Source: a bacterium (GTDB taxonomy: Bacteria > Actinomycetota > Acidimicrobiia > Spongiisociales > ZC4RG35). From it: DNA of 64,000 nt. Of this stretch, positions 29,236 through 38,885 are shown piece by piece (position 1 is the stretch's first letter; each line of letters opens with the position of its first letter). The notes below the pieces were generated by a model. That model was not told the origin of the DNA. It did no database searches and saw only the letters and a list, made by a program, of their open reading frames with translations. Both the position numbers and the translations under genes were made by a program. The stretch covers positions 30,155-94,154 of the forward strand of contig JAHEJW010000005.1 of the NCBI GenBank assembly GCA_024638655.1, read 5' to 3'.

Positions 29236-30572
29236 GACTCGCTGCCCTGCTGTCCGGAGCCGTGATCGCCGGGCTGGCTGCATTCGAGGTCATGATGCAG
29301 CCCTCGCCATCGGAGCGAATCGAACTTGGCGTCATTCTCGCCGGCATGGCCACATTAGCCCTGGTCACAGCACGTGTACTCCCCCGTCTCTCTCTCTATG
29401 TCCGGTCGATTCGTCGCACGATGGCACTGCTGGCCGTGGCGGGCTTCGCCATCGTCGTCTTGGGGACTCTGGCCGTCGCCAACAGGATGTTCCTGTCGGA
29501 GCACGACCTCAGGCTTTTGCTGGTGGTATTGGGCTTCGGGGTCCTCGCCACCATGGCCTTCGCGGTCACCGTGAGCCTCCCCCTCTCGGCCGACATCGAC
29601 CTTCTCTCCGAGCAGGCGTCCTTGGTCGCCAACGGAAGTCTCGACACTCGCCTCGAGCTCGAGAGGCGTGACGAGGTGGGCAGACTGTCCGGCGCCCTCA
29701 CAGCCATGATCCAGCAGCTAGATGCAGCCGAGTCGACCCGACGTGCCAATGAAGAGTCGAGACAGGTGTTCTTCTCCTCGATCGGGCACGACCTCCGGAC
29801 GCCTCTGGCATCGCTGCGTGCCTCGGTTGAGGCGATACAGGATGGCCTGATGGAGAGCCCAGCCGATTCGCTCGCCACCATGGAACGCGACATCGAGGCA
29901 ATGACCAGGCTGGTCGAAGACCTCAACCTCCTGGCACGTCTGGACGCTGGCGCATTGGAGCTCGAGAAGACCGAGATCGACGTCACCGAGATCGCCGACG
30001 AGGCGATCGATGTCTTCCGACCCCTAGCGCGTTCGCGGTCGGTGGCGCTGAGTTTGTTGGCCGTGGAGCGGATCAAGGCCACCGGTCATCCGGGTCATGT
30101 GGGGAGGGCCCTCAGGAATCTGATCGACAACGCTCTGCGCCACACACCGGCGCAAACCGAGGTGACCATCGAGGTGACCCGTTGCGACGGGGCCGCCGTG
30201 GTGTTGGTCACCGACGAGGGCCCCGGCTTCGATCCCGGCTTCGCACCATCTGCGTTCGAACGCTTCTCCCGCGCCGAGCCTTCCAGGGCCAGGGACGGCG
30301 GTGGCTCGGGTCTCGGGCTCGCCATCGTGAAGGGCCTCATCACGGGGCTCGATGGGCGCGTGTGGATCGATCCCGGGCCGGGTGGGAAAGTAGGTCTCGA
30401 GCTACCGGGCCCCACTGACGGACCCCGGCCGGCTCAGCTATCGAAGCGTTCCACCATTCTGAGCTCGAGGGGAGCCGATGGCGACAGAGAGTCCATCACG
30501 GCGAGCAGTTCCCTGACCGGCTCACTAGATGGCTTGCCCGACCGGATCGGGAGCAAACCTGATCTCGGGTAG
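29232..30572 (+). CDS. HAMP-HisKA sensor histidine kinase
   Basis: TTG start overlapping the regulator stop; three TM segments, HAMP, IGHDLRTPL, NLIDNALRH, DEGPG, GSGLGLAI. Confidence 0.9.
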   Translation: MRLAALLSGAVIAGLAAFEVMMQPSPSERIELGVILAGMATLALVTARVLPRLSLYVRSIRRTMALLAVAGFAIVVLGTLAVANRMFLSEHDLRLLLVVLGFGVLATMAFAVTVSLPLSADIDLLSEQASLVANGSLDTRLELERRDEVGRLSGALTAMIQQLDAAESTRRANEESRQVFFSSIGHDLRTPLASLRASVEAIQDGLMESPADSLATMERDIEAMTRLVEDLNLLARLDAGALELEKTEIDVTEIADEAIDVFRPLARSRSVALSLLAVERIKATGHPGHVGRALRNLIDNALRHTPAQTEVTIEVTRCDGAAVVLVTDEGPGFDPGFAPSAFERFSRAEPSRARDGGGSGLGLAIVKGLITGLDGRVWIDPGPGGKVGLELPGPTDGPRPAQLSKRSTILSSRGADGDRESITASSSLTGSLDGLPDRIGSKPDLG

Positions 30573-32200
30573 ACCTGGACGCTGACCGGTGATTGCGACT
30601 CGATGCCGGCCAGCTCCTTGGCGACCTCGATCGCACGGTCGAGTCCACCCAAATCGTCGACCAACCCCAGTTCGGCCGCACGCATCCCGGTCCAGACCCG
30701 ACCCTTGGCGACCTCCTCTACCTGGGCCTCGGTCATGGACCGACCTCGTGCAACACGTTCCTTGAATCCGGCGTAGATCACATCCAACGCCGTTTGGAGT
30801 CGAGCTCGTTCCGAGTCGCTGTACACGTCGGTCGGAGATGCGAAGCCTGCGTTCCGGCCGACCTTGAGCTCTTCCCAGTTGATCCCGATGCGCCGCCAGG
30901 CGTGTGAAGTCGCCAGCTTCCCGAACACGACGCCGATCGATCCGGTGACCGTCCCCGGCTGAGCCACGATCGAATTCGCCGATGCGGCGACGAAGTAGCC
31001 GCCGGACCCTGCCACGCTTCCCATCGAGACCACAACGGGTTTGCCCGACTCCCTCGCCCTTACCACCTCCCTATGGACAACCTCGGATCCGACCGCGGAT
31101 CCGCCGGGTGAATCGACCCGAAACACGATCGCTTGGACCTTTTTGTCATCACGCGCCTCACGGAACGCAGAAGCCACGTCATCTGCGCCGAACGACGACC
31201 CTCTGGTCAAAGGATCGAACCCGGAGCTGCCTCGGGCGATCGAGCCGGTCCCATAGATCAGGGCGATGCGCTTGCCCCTGCGGTTGGGGCGGCCGGCCCG
31301 CTTCAGGTATTGCCCGAGATACATGAAACCGCTGCCGTCGACCTTGGAACTCTCATAGGCATCATCACGGTGGGCGATGCGATCGATCAGACCTGCTTCG
31401 ACGCCCTCCTCGCCAAAGAGCGGGGCGCTGTCGACGATCGTCCTCACCTCCGACTCATCGAGACCGCGGTCCCGGGCAACACCGGCGACGATCTGGGACA
31501 TGTGGTCCTCGATGACGGCTGTGGTCGCCTCCTCGTGAGGTGGCAGGTAGTGGTCCTCGGTCAGGAGATACTTCATAGCCTTGTACTCGCTCCTGTGATC
31601 GAAGTCGGGCTCGACCTCGAGTTGGGAGAACATCCGTCCGAGGAATGGGGTGCGGGTCAGAACACCCTGGATCGACAGGCTTCCCATGGGCAGGAGGATG
31701 ATCTCCTCGAATGCCGCCGCCAGGTAGTAGTCGGCCATCGACAGGGCGTTCTCGCCGAAGCTCTCCGAATAGGCGACCGTGCGCTTTCCGGACTCGCGGA
31801 AGCGGGCAACAGCCTCCCGCAGCTCCTGGGCCTGGGCGACGCTCAGCCCTCCGTTGCCGACACGAGCAACCAGACCGGTCACCCTTCTGTCTCCAGACGC
31901 ACGCCTCAATGCGTCGGTGACATCACGCAGCACGACAGCGTTGCGCCGCAGCAAACGACCGGGCATGTCGGTAGGCGGCTTCTCGGTGACGCCCTTGTCG
32001 AGGTCGAGCTCCAGGACCGTCCCGTCGGGGATCCTCTTCGAGAGAAGCCTGCCGCCGAACAGCAACGCCAGTACGGCGCCGAATACGACGAGTGCTGCGA
32101 CAGGGTTGTCCAGGGCAGAGACCACCAGCGTGAGAACGATGAGCAACAGGATGAATCCACCTGTCGCCGTCAGGGTCTGCAGGACACGTCTGGTCCTCAT
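30434..32200 (-). CDS. sppA: Signal peptide peptidase SppA, long form
   Basis: Two S49 halves; RVDSPGGS, SMGSVAGSGGY, TGSIGV, GRVWTG. Confidence 0.92.
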   Translation of the reverse strand: MRTRRVLQTLTATGGFILLLIVLTLVVSALDNPVAALVVFGAVLALLFGGRLLSKRIPDGTVLELDLDKGVTEKPPTDMPGRLLRRNAVVLRDVTDALRRASGDRRVTGLVARVGNGGLSVAQAQELREAVARFRESGKRTVAYSESFGENALSMADYYLAAAFEEIILLPMGSLSIQGVLTRTPFLGRMFSQLEVEPDFDHRSEYKAMKYLLTEDHYLPPHEEATTAVIEDHMSQIVAGVARDRGLDESEVRTIVDSAPLFGEEGVEAGLIDRIAHRDDAYESSKVDGSGFMYLGQYLKRAGRPNRRGKRIALIYGTGSIARGSSGFDPLTRGSSFGADDVASAFREARDDKKVQAIVFRVDSPGGSAVGSEVVHREVVRARESGKPVVVSMGSVAGSGGYFVAASANSIVAQPGTVTGSIGVVFGKLATSHAWRRIGINWEELKVGRNAGFASPTDVYSDSERARLQTALDVIYAGFKERVARGRSMTEAQVEEVAKGRVWTGMRAAELGLVDDLGGLDRAIEVAKELAGIESQSPVSVQVYPRSGLLPIRSGKPSSEPVRELLAVMDSLSPSAPLELRMVERFDS

Positions 32201-32246
32201 GAGCGCTCCTCGATCGATTGGGCGCTCGCACCTTAAGGCGTCGCTG

Positions 32247-33245
32247 TCAGCCTCTTCTGCTCAGGATTTGCTGCAGCCAGTTCCGATAGATCCCGAATCC
32301 GTCCTGGCGCCAGGTGTTCTCGAGACCATCACCGAACTCGTCCTCGGGGAAGTCGGGAATGGGGTCAGTGTCCGCCCGGTAGAGCGCCCGGGACCGGTAA
32401 TCCGCCACCAATTCGAGGGCGCGGTCGGTGAAGTAGTGCTCGGGAATATGCGGGTAGGTGCTCCGGCGACGCATGAGGAACCGCCATACCTCCCGCTTGT
32501 ACTCCTTGAGGATGCTGATTGAGTCGTACTCGGGATGACCCTGGAAAAAGACGAATTCGAAGTCGTCGTGCACCGCCATGTGCACTCCCGCCTCGGGGCT
32601 TTCGATCAGCACACGGGCACCGACCGATTCGATCTGCTCCCTGGACAGGTCGTAGTAGTGCGAATGTGGAGCCATGACCGGGTCATCCAGCCCGCTCAGC
32701 AGCGGGTGCTCGCCGACGATTCTGTGCTGGTAGAGGCCCCACATCTTCTGAGGCAGCCTGACTCGCTCCACTCCCCAGTAGAGCTTGAACACTGCGTGTG
32801 TCGCAAAACAGGAGCACAGCTTGGAGTGGACCGCTCGATCGGCCCAGCTGAACACATCGAAGAGACCGGGCCAGAAAGCTTCCCGTGTCATGTCGACATA
32901 CGAGGGATTGGCCCCGGTGACGACCAAGGCGTCGACCGGATGCTCTCGGATGCTGTCGAGTGACTCGTAATGCGCGGCAATGTGCTCCCGAGCGGCCGCA
33001 CCCCGGGCCTCCTCCCCCATGCTGAAGACATGGAACCAGATGTTTGCCCGGTCTCCGAACGAGCCCACCAACCGGGCGAACTGTCGGTCGGTTGCTCGCA
33101 GCGCCGTATCCGGCATCAGATTGAGGACCGCGACGTGAATGTCAGGCAGGTTGGACCCGTCAGCCTCTTCCGGGGTCACCATTTCGAGGCCCTCGTCCTT
33201 CAGACGTCTGAATGCGGGGAGACGGGTGTGCTCGACGAGAGGCAT
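32247..33245 (-). CDS. metA: Homoserine O-acyltransferase, MetA family
   Basis: MPLVEH..., LNLMPD, LCSCFATH (Cys nucleophile), APHSH, QGHPEYD...LKEYKRE. Confidence 0.88.
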   Translation of the reverse strand: MPLVEHTRLPAFRRLKDEGLEMVTPEEADGSNLPDIHVAVLNLMPDTALRATDRQFARLVGSFGDRANIWFHVFSMGEEARGAAAREHIAAHYESLDSIREHPVDALVVTGANPSYVDMTREAFWPGLFDVFSWADRAVHSKLCSCFATHAVFKLYWGVERVRLPQKMWGLYQHRIVGEHPLLSGLDDPVMAPHSHYYDLSREQIESVGARVLIESPEAGVHMAVHDDFEFVFFQGHPEYDSISILKEYKREVWRFLMRRRSTYPHIPEHYFTDRALELVADYRSRALYRADTDPIPDFPEDEFGDGLENTWRQDGFGIYRNWLQQILSRRG

Positions 33246-33259
33246 GCTTCGCCGTCCGG

Positions 33260-34048
33260 TCAGACGATTTCGATGAGCTCGTCGAGAACCTGATCCGGTC
33301 GTTCGGCCAGGAGCGCGTGACCAGCCCCTTCGAAAACGACCGTACGAGTCTCGGGTAGGCCGGCGATGAGTTGCGTGGCACCCCGGATAGGCGTCATCAC
33401 GTCGCGCGATCCCATCAGCACGAGACTCGGCGCCGTGACAGACCCGGCAGCATCCAGACCGGCCGAATACGCATCGCAGGCGCTGAGGTCGGTCGCGATC
33501 GTCGTGGTGGGGCACCGCTCGAGCAGACGCAGGTATGACCCGGTCATCCAGATCCCGGGTGTCTCGTTGCCACCGAGCCAGGCGTGCCGGCTGTGACCCC
33601 AATAGGTGAGCATGTCGAGAGCGTCGTGACCGCCCGACATGGCGGCTCCCATCAGCTCCGGGCTGACCCGTAGAGGCACCGAGACCCCGACCATGACGAG
33701 AGATCGGACTCGTTGCGGATAGCGGGCCGCCGCGTCGAGCGCGACCAGGGACCCCATGCTGTGACCGACCAGAGCAGCCGTCTCGATGGACAACTCGTCG
33801 AAGACCTCGATCAGCCAATCTGCCATCGACTCGACTCTCTCGAGTGGAGGCCCTTCGGAGCCACCGTGCCCGGGAAGGTCGACGGCCACCACGTTGCGCC
33901 CATGTCTGGCGAAGTAGCGGGTGGGAAGCACCCAGACCGTGTGATCCTGGCCCACTCCGTGGACGAAGACGACGGTCGCGCGACCGGGATCGACCTCCCG
34001 GTTGCCAGCCGCCACGAACGCCCTTCGACCGGCGATTGTCAGCTCCAT
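33260..34048 (-). CDS. Alpha/beta hydrolase
   Basis: FVHG, DLPGHG, GHSMG nucleophile, GSRD, GAGH. Confidence 0.9.
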   Translation of the reverse strand: MELTIAGRRAFVAAGNREVDPGRATVVFVHGVGQDHTVWVLPTRYFARHGRNVVAVDLPGHGGSEGPPLERVESMADWLIEVFDELSIETAALVGHSMGSLVALDAAARYPQRVRSLVMVGVSVPLRVSPELMGAAMSGGHDALDMLTYWGHSRHAWLGGNETPGIWMTGSYLRLLERCPTTTIATDLSACDAYSAGLDAAGSVTAPSLVLMGSRDVMTPIRGATQLIAGLPETRTVVFEGAGHALLAERPDQVLDELIEIV

Positions 34049-34058
34049 GAGATGACCG

Positions 34059-35351
34059 TCATCTCTGCGAGGCTCGGAGCGCCCGATCGAGATCCTCGAC
34101 TATGTCGTTGGAGCTCTCCAGGCCGACCGATATCCGGACAAGGCCTTCGCCGATGCCAGCTGCTTCCAGGGCTGCCGAGTCCATGCGATGGTGTGTCGTG
34201 CTCGCCGGATGGATCACCAGGGTCTTTGCGTCGCCCACGTTGGCCAGATGAGACGCCAGCTCGACCCGTTCGATGAAGGTCTGGCCGGCGGGCCTGCCCC
34301 CCTTGACCCCGAAGCTGAAGATCGAGCCCGCTCCCCCGGGTAGGAGACGTTGAGCCAGTTCGTGATCGGGGTGGGATTCGAGACCGGGGTAGCGCACCCA
34401 CTCGACGGCATCGTGGCCCTCCAGGAACAAGGCGACCTTCTCTGCATTCTCGACATGGCGGGCCATGCGCATCGGAAGGGTCTCCACCCCCTGGAGGATC
34501 AGAAAAGCGGTGGTTGGGCTCATGGCGGCGCCGAAGTCGCGCGCTCCCTCCTTGCGAGCCCTGGTGATGTAGGCGGTGGGCCCGAACTCCTCGGAGAAGT
34601 CGAGGCCGTGGAATCCGTCGTAGGGCTCGGTCATGTTGGGGAACTTCCCGGAGGTCTCCCAGTCGAAGGTGCCGCCGTCGACGAGCAGACCGCCGATGAC
34701 GACCCCATGGCCGCTGAGGAACTTGGTGGCGGAGTGGACGATGATGTCCGCGCCGAGGCCGAAAGGCCTGCTCAGAACGGGTGTCGCGAACGTCGAGTCG
34801 ATCATCAGCGGGAGACCCGATTCATGGGCGATCTCGGTCACACGCGGGATATCCAAGACCTCGGCTCCGGGATTGCCGATGGTCTCACCGAACACCAGAC
34901 GCGTCTCGGGTCGTATCGCTTCGCGAAACCCGTCGATATCCCGGGGATGGACGAAGGTCGTCTCGATTCCGAAGCGGGGCAAGGTGTATGCCATCAGGTT
35001 GTGAGTGCCCCCGTAGATCGAGCTCGACGAGACGACGTGGGAGCCTTGATCCATGAGTGTTGCGATGCCGAGGAAGGTCGCCGCCTGGCCGCTTGCAGTG
35101 GCGATCGCACCGACGCCACCTTCGAGCGCCGAGATCCGCTCCTCGAGGACGGCGTTGGTCGGGTTGGTCAAGCGTGAGTAGACATGGCCCGTCCTCTCGA
35201 TGTTGAAGATGGCAGCAGCCTGATCGGCGCTCTCGAAGACATATGAGGCGGTCTGGTAGATCGGCGTGGCCCGCGCCCCGGTGGCCGGGTCGGGGTGTTG
35301 GCCGGCGTGTAGCGCCAGTGTCTCGAGGTCATACGGTTCGGGCTTGGCCAT
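34059..35351 (-). CDS. metY: O-acylhomoserine sulfhydrylase (MetY-type)
   Basis: PIYQTASY, YSRLTNPT, HSATKFLSGHG (PLP Lys), LANVGDAKTLVIHPASTTH; TAGCGT 6 nt before ATG. Confidence 0.92.
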   Translation of the reverse strand: MAKPEPYDLETLALHAGQHPDPATGARATPIYQTASYVFESADQAAAIFNIERTGHVYSRLTNPTNAVLEERISALEGGVGAIATASGQAATFLGIATLMDQGSHVVSSSSIYGGTHNLMAYTLPRFGIETTFVHPRDIDGFREAIRPETRLVFGETIGNPGAEVLDIPRVTEIAHESGLPLMIDSTFATPVLSRPFGLGADIIVHSATKFLSGHGVVIGGLLVDGGTFDWETSGKFPNMTEPYDGFHGLDFSEEFGPTAYITRARKEGARDFGAAMSPTTAFLILQGVETLPMRMARHVENAEKVALFLEGHDAVEWVRYPGLESHPDHELAQRLLPGGAGSIFSFGVKGGRPAGQTFIERVELASHLANVGDAKTLVIHPASTTHHRMDSAALEAAGIGEGLVRISVGLESSNDIVEDLDRALRASQR

Positions 35352-35385
35352 CACCTCACGCTACATCTGCGAGCGTTCACGAGGC

Positions 35386-35414
35386 TTGACACCTAGCTTT
35401 TCTAGGTGTAGATA
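35386..35414 (+). promoter_or_regulatory. Housekeeping-type promoter with overlapping palindromic operator, upstream of the PadR gene
   Basis: TTGACA (35386)-17 bp-TAGATA (35409); inverted repeat ACACCTAG-CTTTT-CTAGGTGT (35389-35409). Confidence 0.7.
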
Positions 35415-35422
35415 TACGAGGT

Positions 35423-35761
35423 ATGAGAGGGCAGGCGCTGAAAGGGCATCTCGATCTCCTCTTGCTGGCGGTCGTCTCCGACGGCCCCAAGCACGGATAC
35501 GCCGTCATCGAGGAGTTGCGACTCCGCAGTGTTGACACGTTCGACCTTCCCGAGGGCACGGTCTACCCGGCGCTCCATCGTTTGGAGAAGGCGGGCTATC
35601 TGTCGAGCGATTGGAGCGAGGTGCAAGGACGGAGGAGGAGGACCTATACGCTGACCAGCCGTGGGGCCTCCGCACTCGGAGAGCAGCGCCAATCGTGGGC
35701 CGACTTCTCGGCCGCAGTCAATCACGTGCTGAATAGATCGCCATGGCCGACCACATCCTGA
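35423..35761 (+). CDS. PadR family transcriptional regulator
   Basis: KGHLDLLLL, HGYAVI, EGTVYPALHRLE, RRRRTYTLT. Confidence 0.93.
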   Translation: MRGQALKGHLDLLLLAVVSDGPKHGYAVIEELRLRSVDTFDLPEGTVYPALHRLEKAGYLSSDWSEVQGRRRRTYTLTSRGASALGEQRQSWADFSAAVNHVLNRSPWPTTS

Positions 35762-36573
35762 TCGACAGGTATCTGGGCGAGCTCCGCAGGGAGACTCGCT
35801 GGCTCCGCGACGCGGAGGACATCGCCGAGGAAGTGGCGGACCATTTGCTCGAAGCGGTCGAGAAGCGAATCGACCGCGGACTCGATCGCATGACTGCACA
35901 GAAAAGCGCCCTTCGCGAGTTCGGAGATCCCGCCCTGGTCGGGCGTGCGTTCGCCTCCTCCCGGACAGGAGGAGCAGCAATGCCCACACAATTCACCAGG
36001 AGGGCTGGTTACGCCCTCATCGTTTCTGCGTTCCTATGGATCGCCGGAAATGCGATTCACTTCGCGTCATTCGTCGCCGACCAGACGAGGCCTTGGGAAG
36101 GCTTACCCCAGGCTCTATACATGATTGGAGCTCTTGTCCTGGTGGCGGCCGGTCTGCTCGGAGCTTCAGGCGTTCTGGGAGTCAATCGGCGCCATGGAGG
36201 TTCCCTTGGAATCAGGGGTCGGCTCGGCTTCTGGCTGTTCCTGGTGGCGGGCATCACCGTGTTCGCGACATGGTTCTGGGGTGTCTGGGCAACAGCCCTC
36301 GGCCTGGGCGCAGCTCTCATTGGCTGGGCCCTGATCGGCTCCGGGATTGCTCCTCGATCAGCTGGGATCTTCATCAGCAGCGGTGGGCTCCTGGCGGCCG
36401 TCGGTGTCTGGTCGTTGCAGCTCGTGAGATCGGAAGTCTCTTTCGACGACCCGCCGGCGATGCTGGTCCATTACGCAGGGATCCTCCTGTTCGTCATAGG
36501 GGAAGTCGTTCTCGGGAGATGGATGGCGAACGAAGAGGTCGTCGAAGAACCTGGGAAGATGGCAACTGTCTAG
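35743..36573 (+). CDS. PadR-associated membrane protein (HAAS/permease-prefix N-domain)
   Basis: IDRYLGEL, EEVADHL, ALREFGDP, followed by about six TM segments. Confidence 0.8.
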   Translation: MADHILIDRYLGELRRETRWLRDAEDIAEEVADHLLEAVEKRIDRGLDRMTAQKSALREFGDPALVGRAFASSRTGGAAMPTQFTRRAGYALIVSAFLWIAGNAIHFASFVADQTRPWEGLPQALYMIGALVLVAAGLLGASGVLGVNRRHGGSLGIRGRLGFWLFLVAGITVFATWFWGVWATALGLGAALIGWALIGSGIAPRSAGIFISSGGLLAAVGVWSLQLVRSEVSFDDPPAMLVHYAGILLFVIGEVVLGRWMANEEVVEEPGKMATV

Positions 36574-36597
36574 ACCTGCGCCTCGCCCTCAAAGGAC

Positions 36598-36622
36598 GGC
36601 CGGGCCCCTAAGGGGCCCGGCC
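36598..36622 (+). terminator. GC-rich terminator-like hairpin
   Basis: GGCCGGGCCCC-TAA-GGGGCCCGGCC, 11-bp perfect stem, no U-tract. Confidence 0.55.
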
Positions 36623-36628
36623 ACGTCC

Positions 36629-37384
36629 GTGATCGACCTGCTCAGAGGTCTATCGATACTCGGTCTCGCCAGCGTGATCTCCGGAGTGCTCGTCGGCGGA
36701 GTAGGTGGGCGGGTCGTGATGTCGATCTCGGCGATGGTGGCTCAACCCGAAGCGATCGGGAGGCTCACCGAGAACGGGAACCGCATCGGTGAGTTCACCA
36801 TCGGTGGAACGCTCGTACTGATCGTCTTCGTAGGCCTACTGGGTGGCCTTGTCGCCAGCATCACGGTGGTCGCCAGTGAGCCTTTGGCTCGGAGAGCGGG
36901 CGTACTGGGTGGCCCGATCATCGGGGCCGCGGTCCTGGCCACGATCGGATCCGAGACCTTCGAGTCCTTTGATTTCCGAATCCTGGAGCCTGTCGCTCTG
37001 AACGTGGCGATGTTTCTCGGACTCGGCCTGCTCTTCGGCGTGGTTGTCGCCGTGACCGTCAGGCTCCTGGACCGGCGATTGGCCGCGCCGTCCGAACGAT
37101 CGCTGCCGCTATATCTGACCGTCGTGGCCCTGGGCTCACTGCCCCTGCTGACCAATGTGCTCTTCTTCACATCACGTGACTTCTGTGGCTGTCAGCCCTG
37201 GTCTCTGATGGGGCTTATGTTGTTGCTGACGACCGTCGCCGCCGTCGGCTGGCATCTGCTTTCGATTTTCGAGGCGCCGCGATGGCAGCGAATTCTGGTG
37301 GAGGCAACGGGCATAGGGGGCCTTCTTGGGATCTTGGTCCTGGGTCTCGGCCGGGTGATGGAGGACATCGGCCGAATCCTCTGA
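36629..37384 (+). CDS. Hypothetical multi-pass membrane protein
   Basis: About seven hydrophobic segments; GGVGGRVVM, TENG. Confidence 0.7.
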   Translation: MIDLLRGLSILGLASVISGVLVGGVGGRVVMSISAMVAQPEAIGRLTENGNRIGEFTIGGTLVLIVFVGLLGGLVASITVVASEPLARRAGVLGGPIIGAAVLATIGSETFESFDFRILEPVALNVAMFLGLGLLFGVVVAVTVRLLDRRLAAPSERSLPLYLTVVALGSLPLLTNVLFFTSRDFCGCQPWSLMGLMLLLTTVAAVGWHLLSIFEAPRWQRILVEATGIGGLLGILVLGLGRVMEDIGRIL

Positions 37385-37402
37385 GCCCCCGAGGGTCGGA
37401 CC

Positions 37403-38074
37403 TCACATCTGATTCGAATCGAGGAAGAGGAGCACGGCCGCCACGCGCCTGCTGACTCCCTCTGCTTCCGACAACCCCAGCTTGGCGAATATCGAGTTGA
37501 TGTGTTTCTCCACCGACCGCACGTTGATCACAAGGAAGTCGGCGATCGCAGAGTTGTCCTTCCCCTGAGCGATTTCAGCCAGAACCTCGGTCTCCCGTTC
37601 GGTCAGCCATTCGAGAGGGGACTCCTCTCCCCTCTCACCAGCGACAAGACGTCCCACCACCTTCGAGTCGACGTGGGAACCACCCTTGGCCACCGTGCGG
37701 ATCACATCGCTCAGTTGTCGAACATCGTTGATCCGCTCTTTGAGAACATAAGCGCGCCCGTCGGTGCCGTCCTCGAGCAGAGCTATCGCATAGGTGGGAT
37801 CGTCATATTGACTCAGGACGACTATCCCGGTGCCGGGTCGGCTTCCTGCGATGACTCTCGCTGCCCTCACTCCTTCATCGGTGTGGGACGGCGGCATCCG
37901 GATATCGGTCAAGACGACATCGGGCCTCGCGTCATCGACTACCCGCAGCAACGACTCATAGTCCCAGGCGGTGGCGGCCACTTCGAGATCGGACTGAGTC
38001 TCCAATAGAGCCACGACACCTTCACGGACGAGCAAATCGTCTTCGGCGACCACCAACCGAATGGTCCTAGTCAT
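37403..38074 (-). CDS. NarL/LuxR family response regulator
   Basis: VVAEDD, TDIRMPP, YVLKE, LTERETEVL...VEKHINSIFAKL. Confidence 0.94.
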   Translation of the reverse strand: MTRTIRLVVAEDDLLVREGVVALLETQSDLEVAATAWDYESLLRVVDDARPDVVLTDIRMPPSHTDEGVRAARVIAGSRPGTGIVVLSQYDDPTYAIALLEDGTDGRAYVLKERINDVRQLSDVIRTVAKGGSHVDSKVVGRLVAGERGEESPLEWLTERETEVLAEIAQGKDNSAIADFLVINVRSVEKHINSIFAKLGLSEAEGVSRRVAAVLLFLDSNQM

Positions 38075-38885
38075 TTGTTCCCGCCAGCACTTTGGCGGAC
38101 ACCGATCTCAAGAAGTCGATGATGTCCTCCGCCGCCACAGCAGCCTTCTCGTGGTCACCAGCTTCGATCTCTGCCCGCAACCGATCAAAGAGAGGCACAA
38201 CACGATCGACGACGAGAGTCGCGACATTCGAGCGGTGTTCCTGCTCGGCCACAACCAGAAGACGACGATTACGTTCGAGGAGGTCGACAGCCTCGTTGAT
38301 CTCACGGGCGCGCGCCTCCAACTCGGACGCCACGACGGCATGATTGGCCACGAGGCCAACGATCACGCAAATGTCGCCTACGAGCGACTCGTCGGATTCA
38401 GTCAGGTCTCCCGATTTGTAGACCTCCACGTCCGCGTAGACGTCTCCAGCAAACGAGATGGTCGTATGCCATGCGGGCAGCTCCCCACCCGATCCCACCG
38501 AGTATGTGCGGGATCCGAAATGTGGGCGAACAACAACCCCCTTGGTGTCGAGGGCATGAGCAATTGTCGAAGAAGCGATCTGCATGGCCCCCGCGAACGA
38601 CGGACGGGCTCCGAGGGGAGGGACCACCGCTGTCAACGCCTCGTACGGTGTGGCCCGCCCTCCGGAGCTCCAACGAGCGATCAGCGAATCGACCCGATCG
38701 CGCGCTGCCGGCAGAACCAGGGCGATGCCTATCGAAGCCAGGAAGAGCGACTCGAAAGATAGAGGCTCGCTCAGTGATTCTGATCTCGTCGACGAAGCGA
38801 GCCAAAAGATGGCAACCCCAAGGACCGCGCTGGTGGACACTCCGACCAGATTCCACGCCGGATGACCGGGGGATTTCCTGGTCAT
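38067..38885 (-). CDS. Degenerate kinase paralog (two TM, GAF-like region, coiled coil; no His box or ATPase domain)
   Basis: Aligns by eye with the central part of the adjacent kinase; overlaps both neighbouring genes. Confidence 0.65.
   Translation of the reverse strand: MTRKSPGHPAWNLVGVSTSAVLGVAIFWLASSTRSESLSEPLSFESLFLASIGIALVLPAARDRVDSLIARWSSGGRATPYEALTAVVPPLGARPSFAGAMQIASSTIAHALDTKGVVVRPHFGSRTYSVGSGGELPAWHTTISFAGDVYADVEVYKSGDLTESDESLVGDICVIVGLVANHAVVASELEARAREINEAVDLLERNRRLLVVAEQEHRSNVATLVVDRVVPLFDRLRAEIEAGDHEKAAVAAEDIIDFLRSVSAKVLAGTND

Noticed and set aside
30434..30572. 139-bp convergent overlap of the kinase tail with sppA
   Set aside because: The tail lies past the ATPase domain and looks like run-on sequence after a lost stop codon.
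32247..33818. 523-aa extended MetA in the ORF track
   Set aside because: The extension is an off-frame read of the hydrolase gene; MetA similarity starts at ATG33245.
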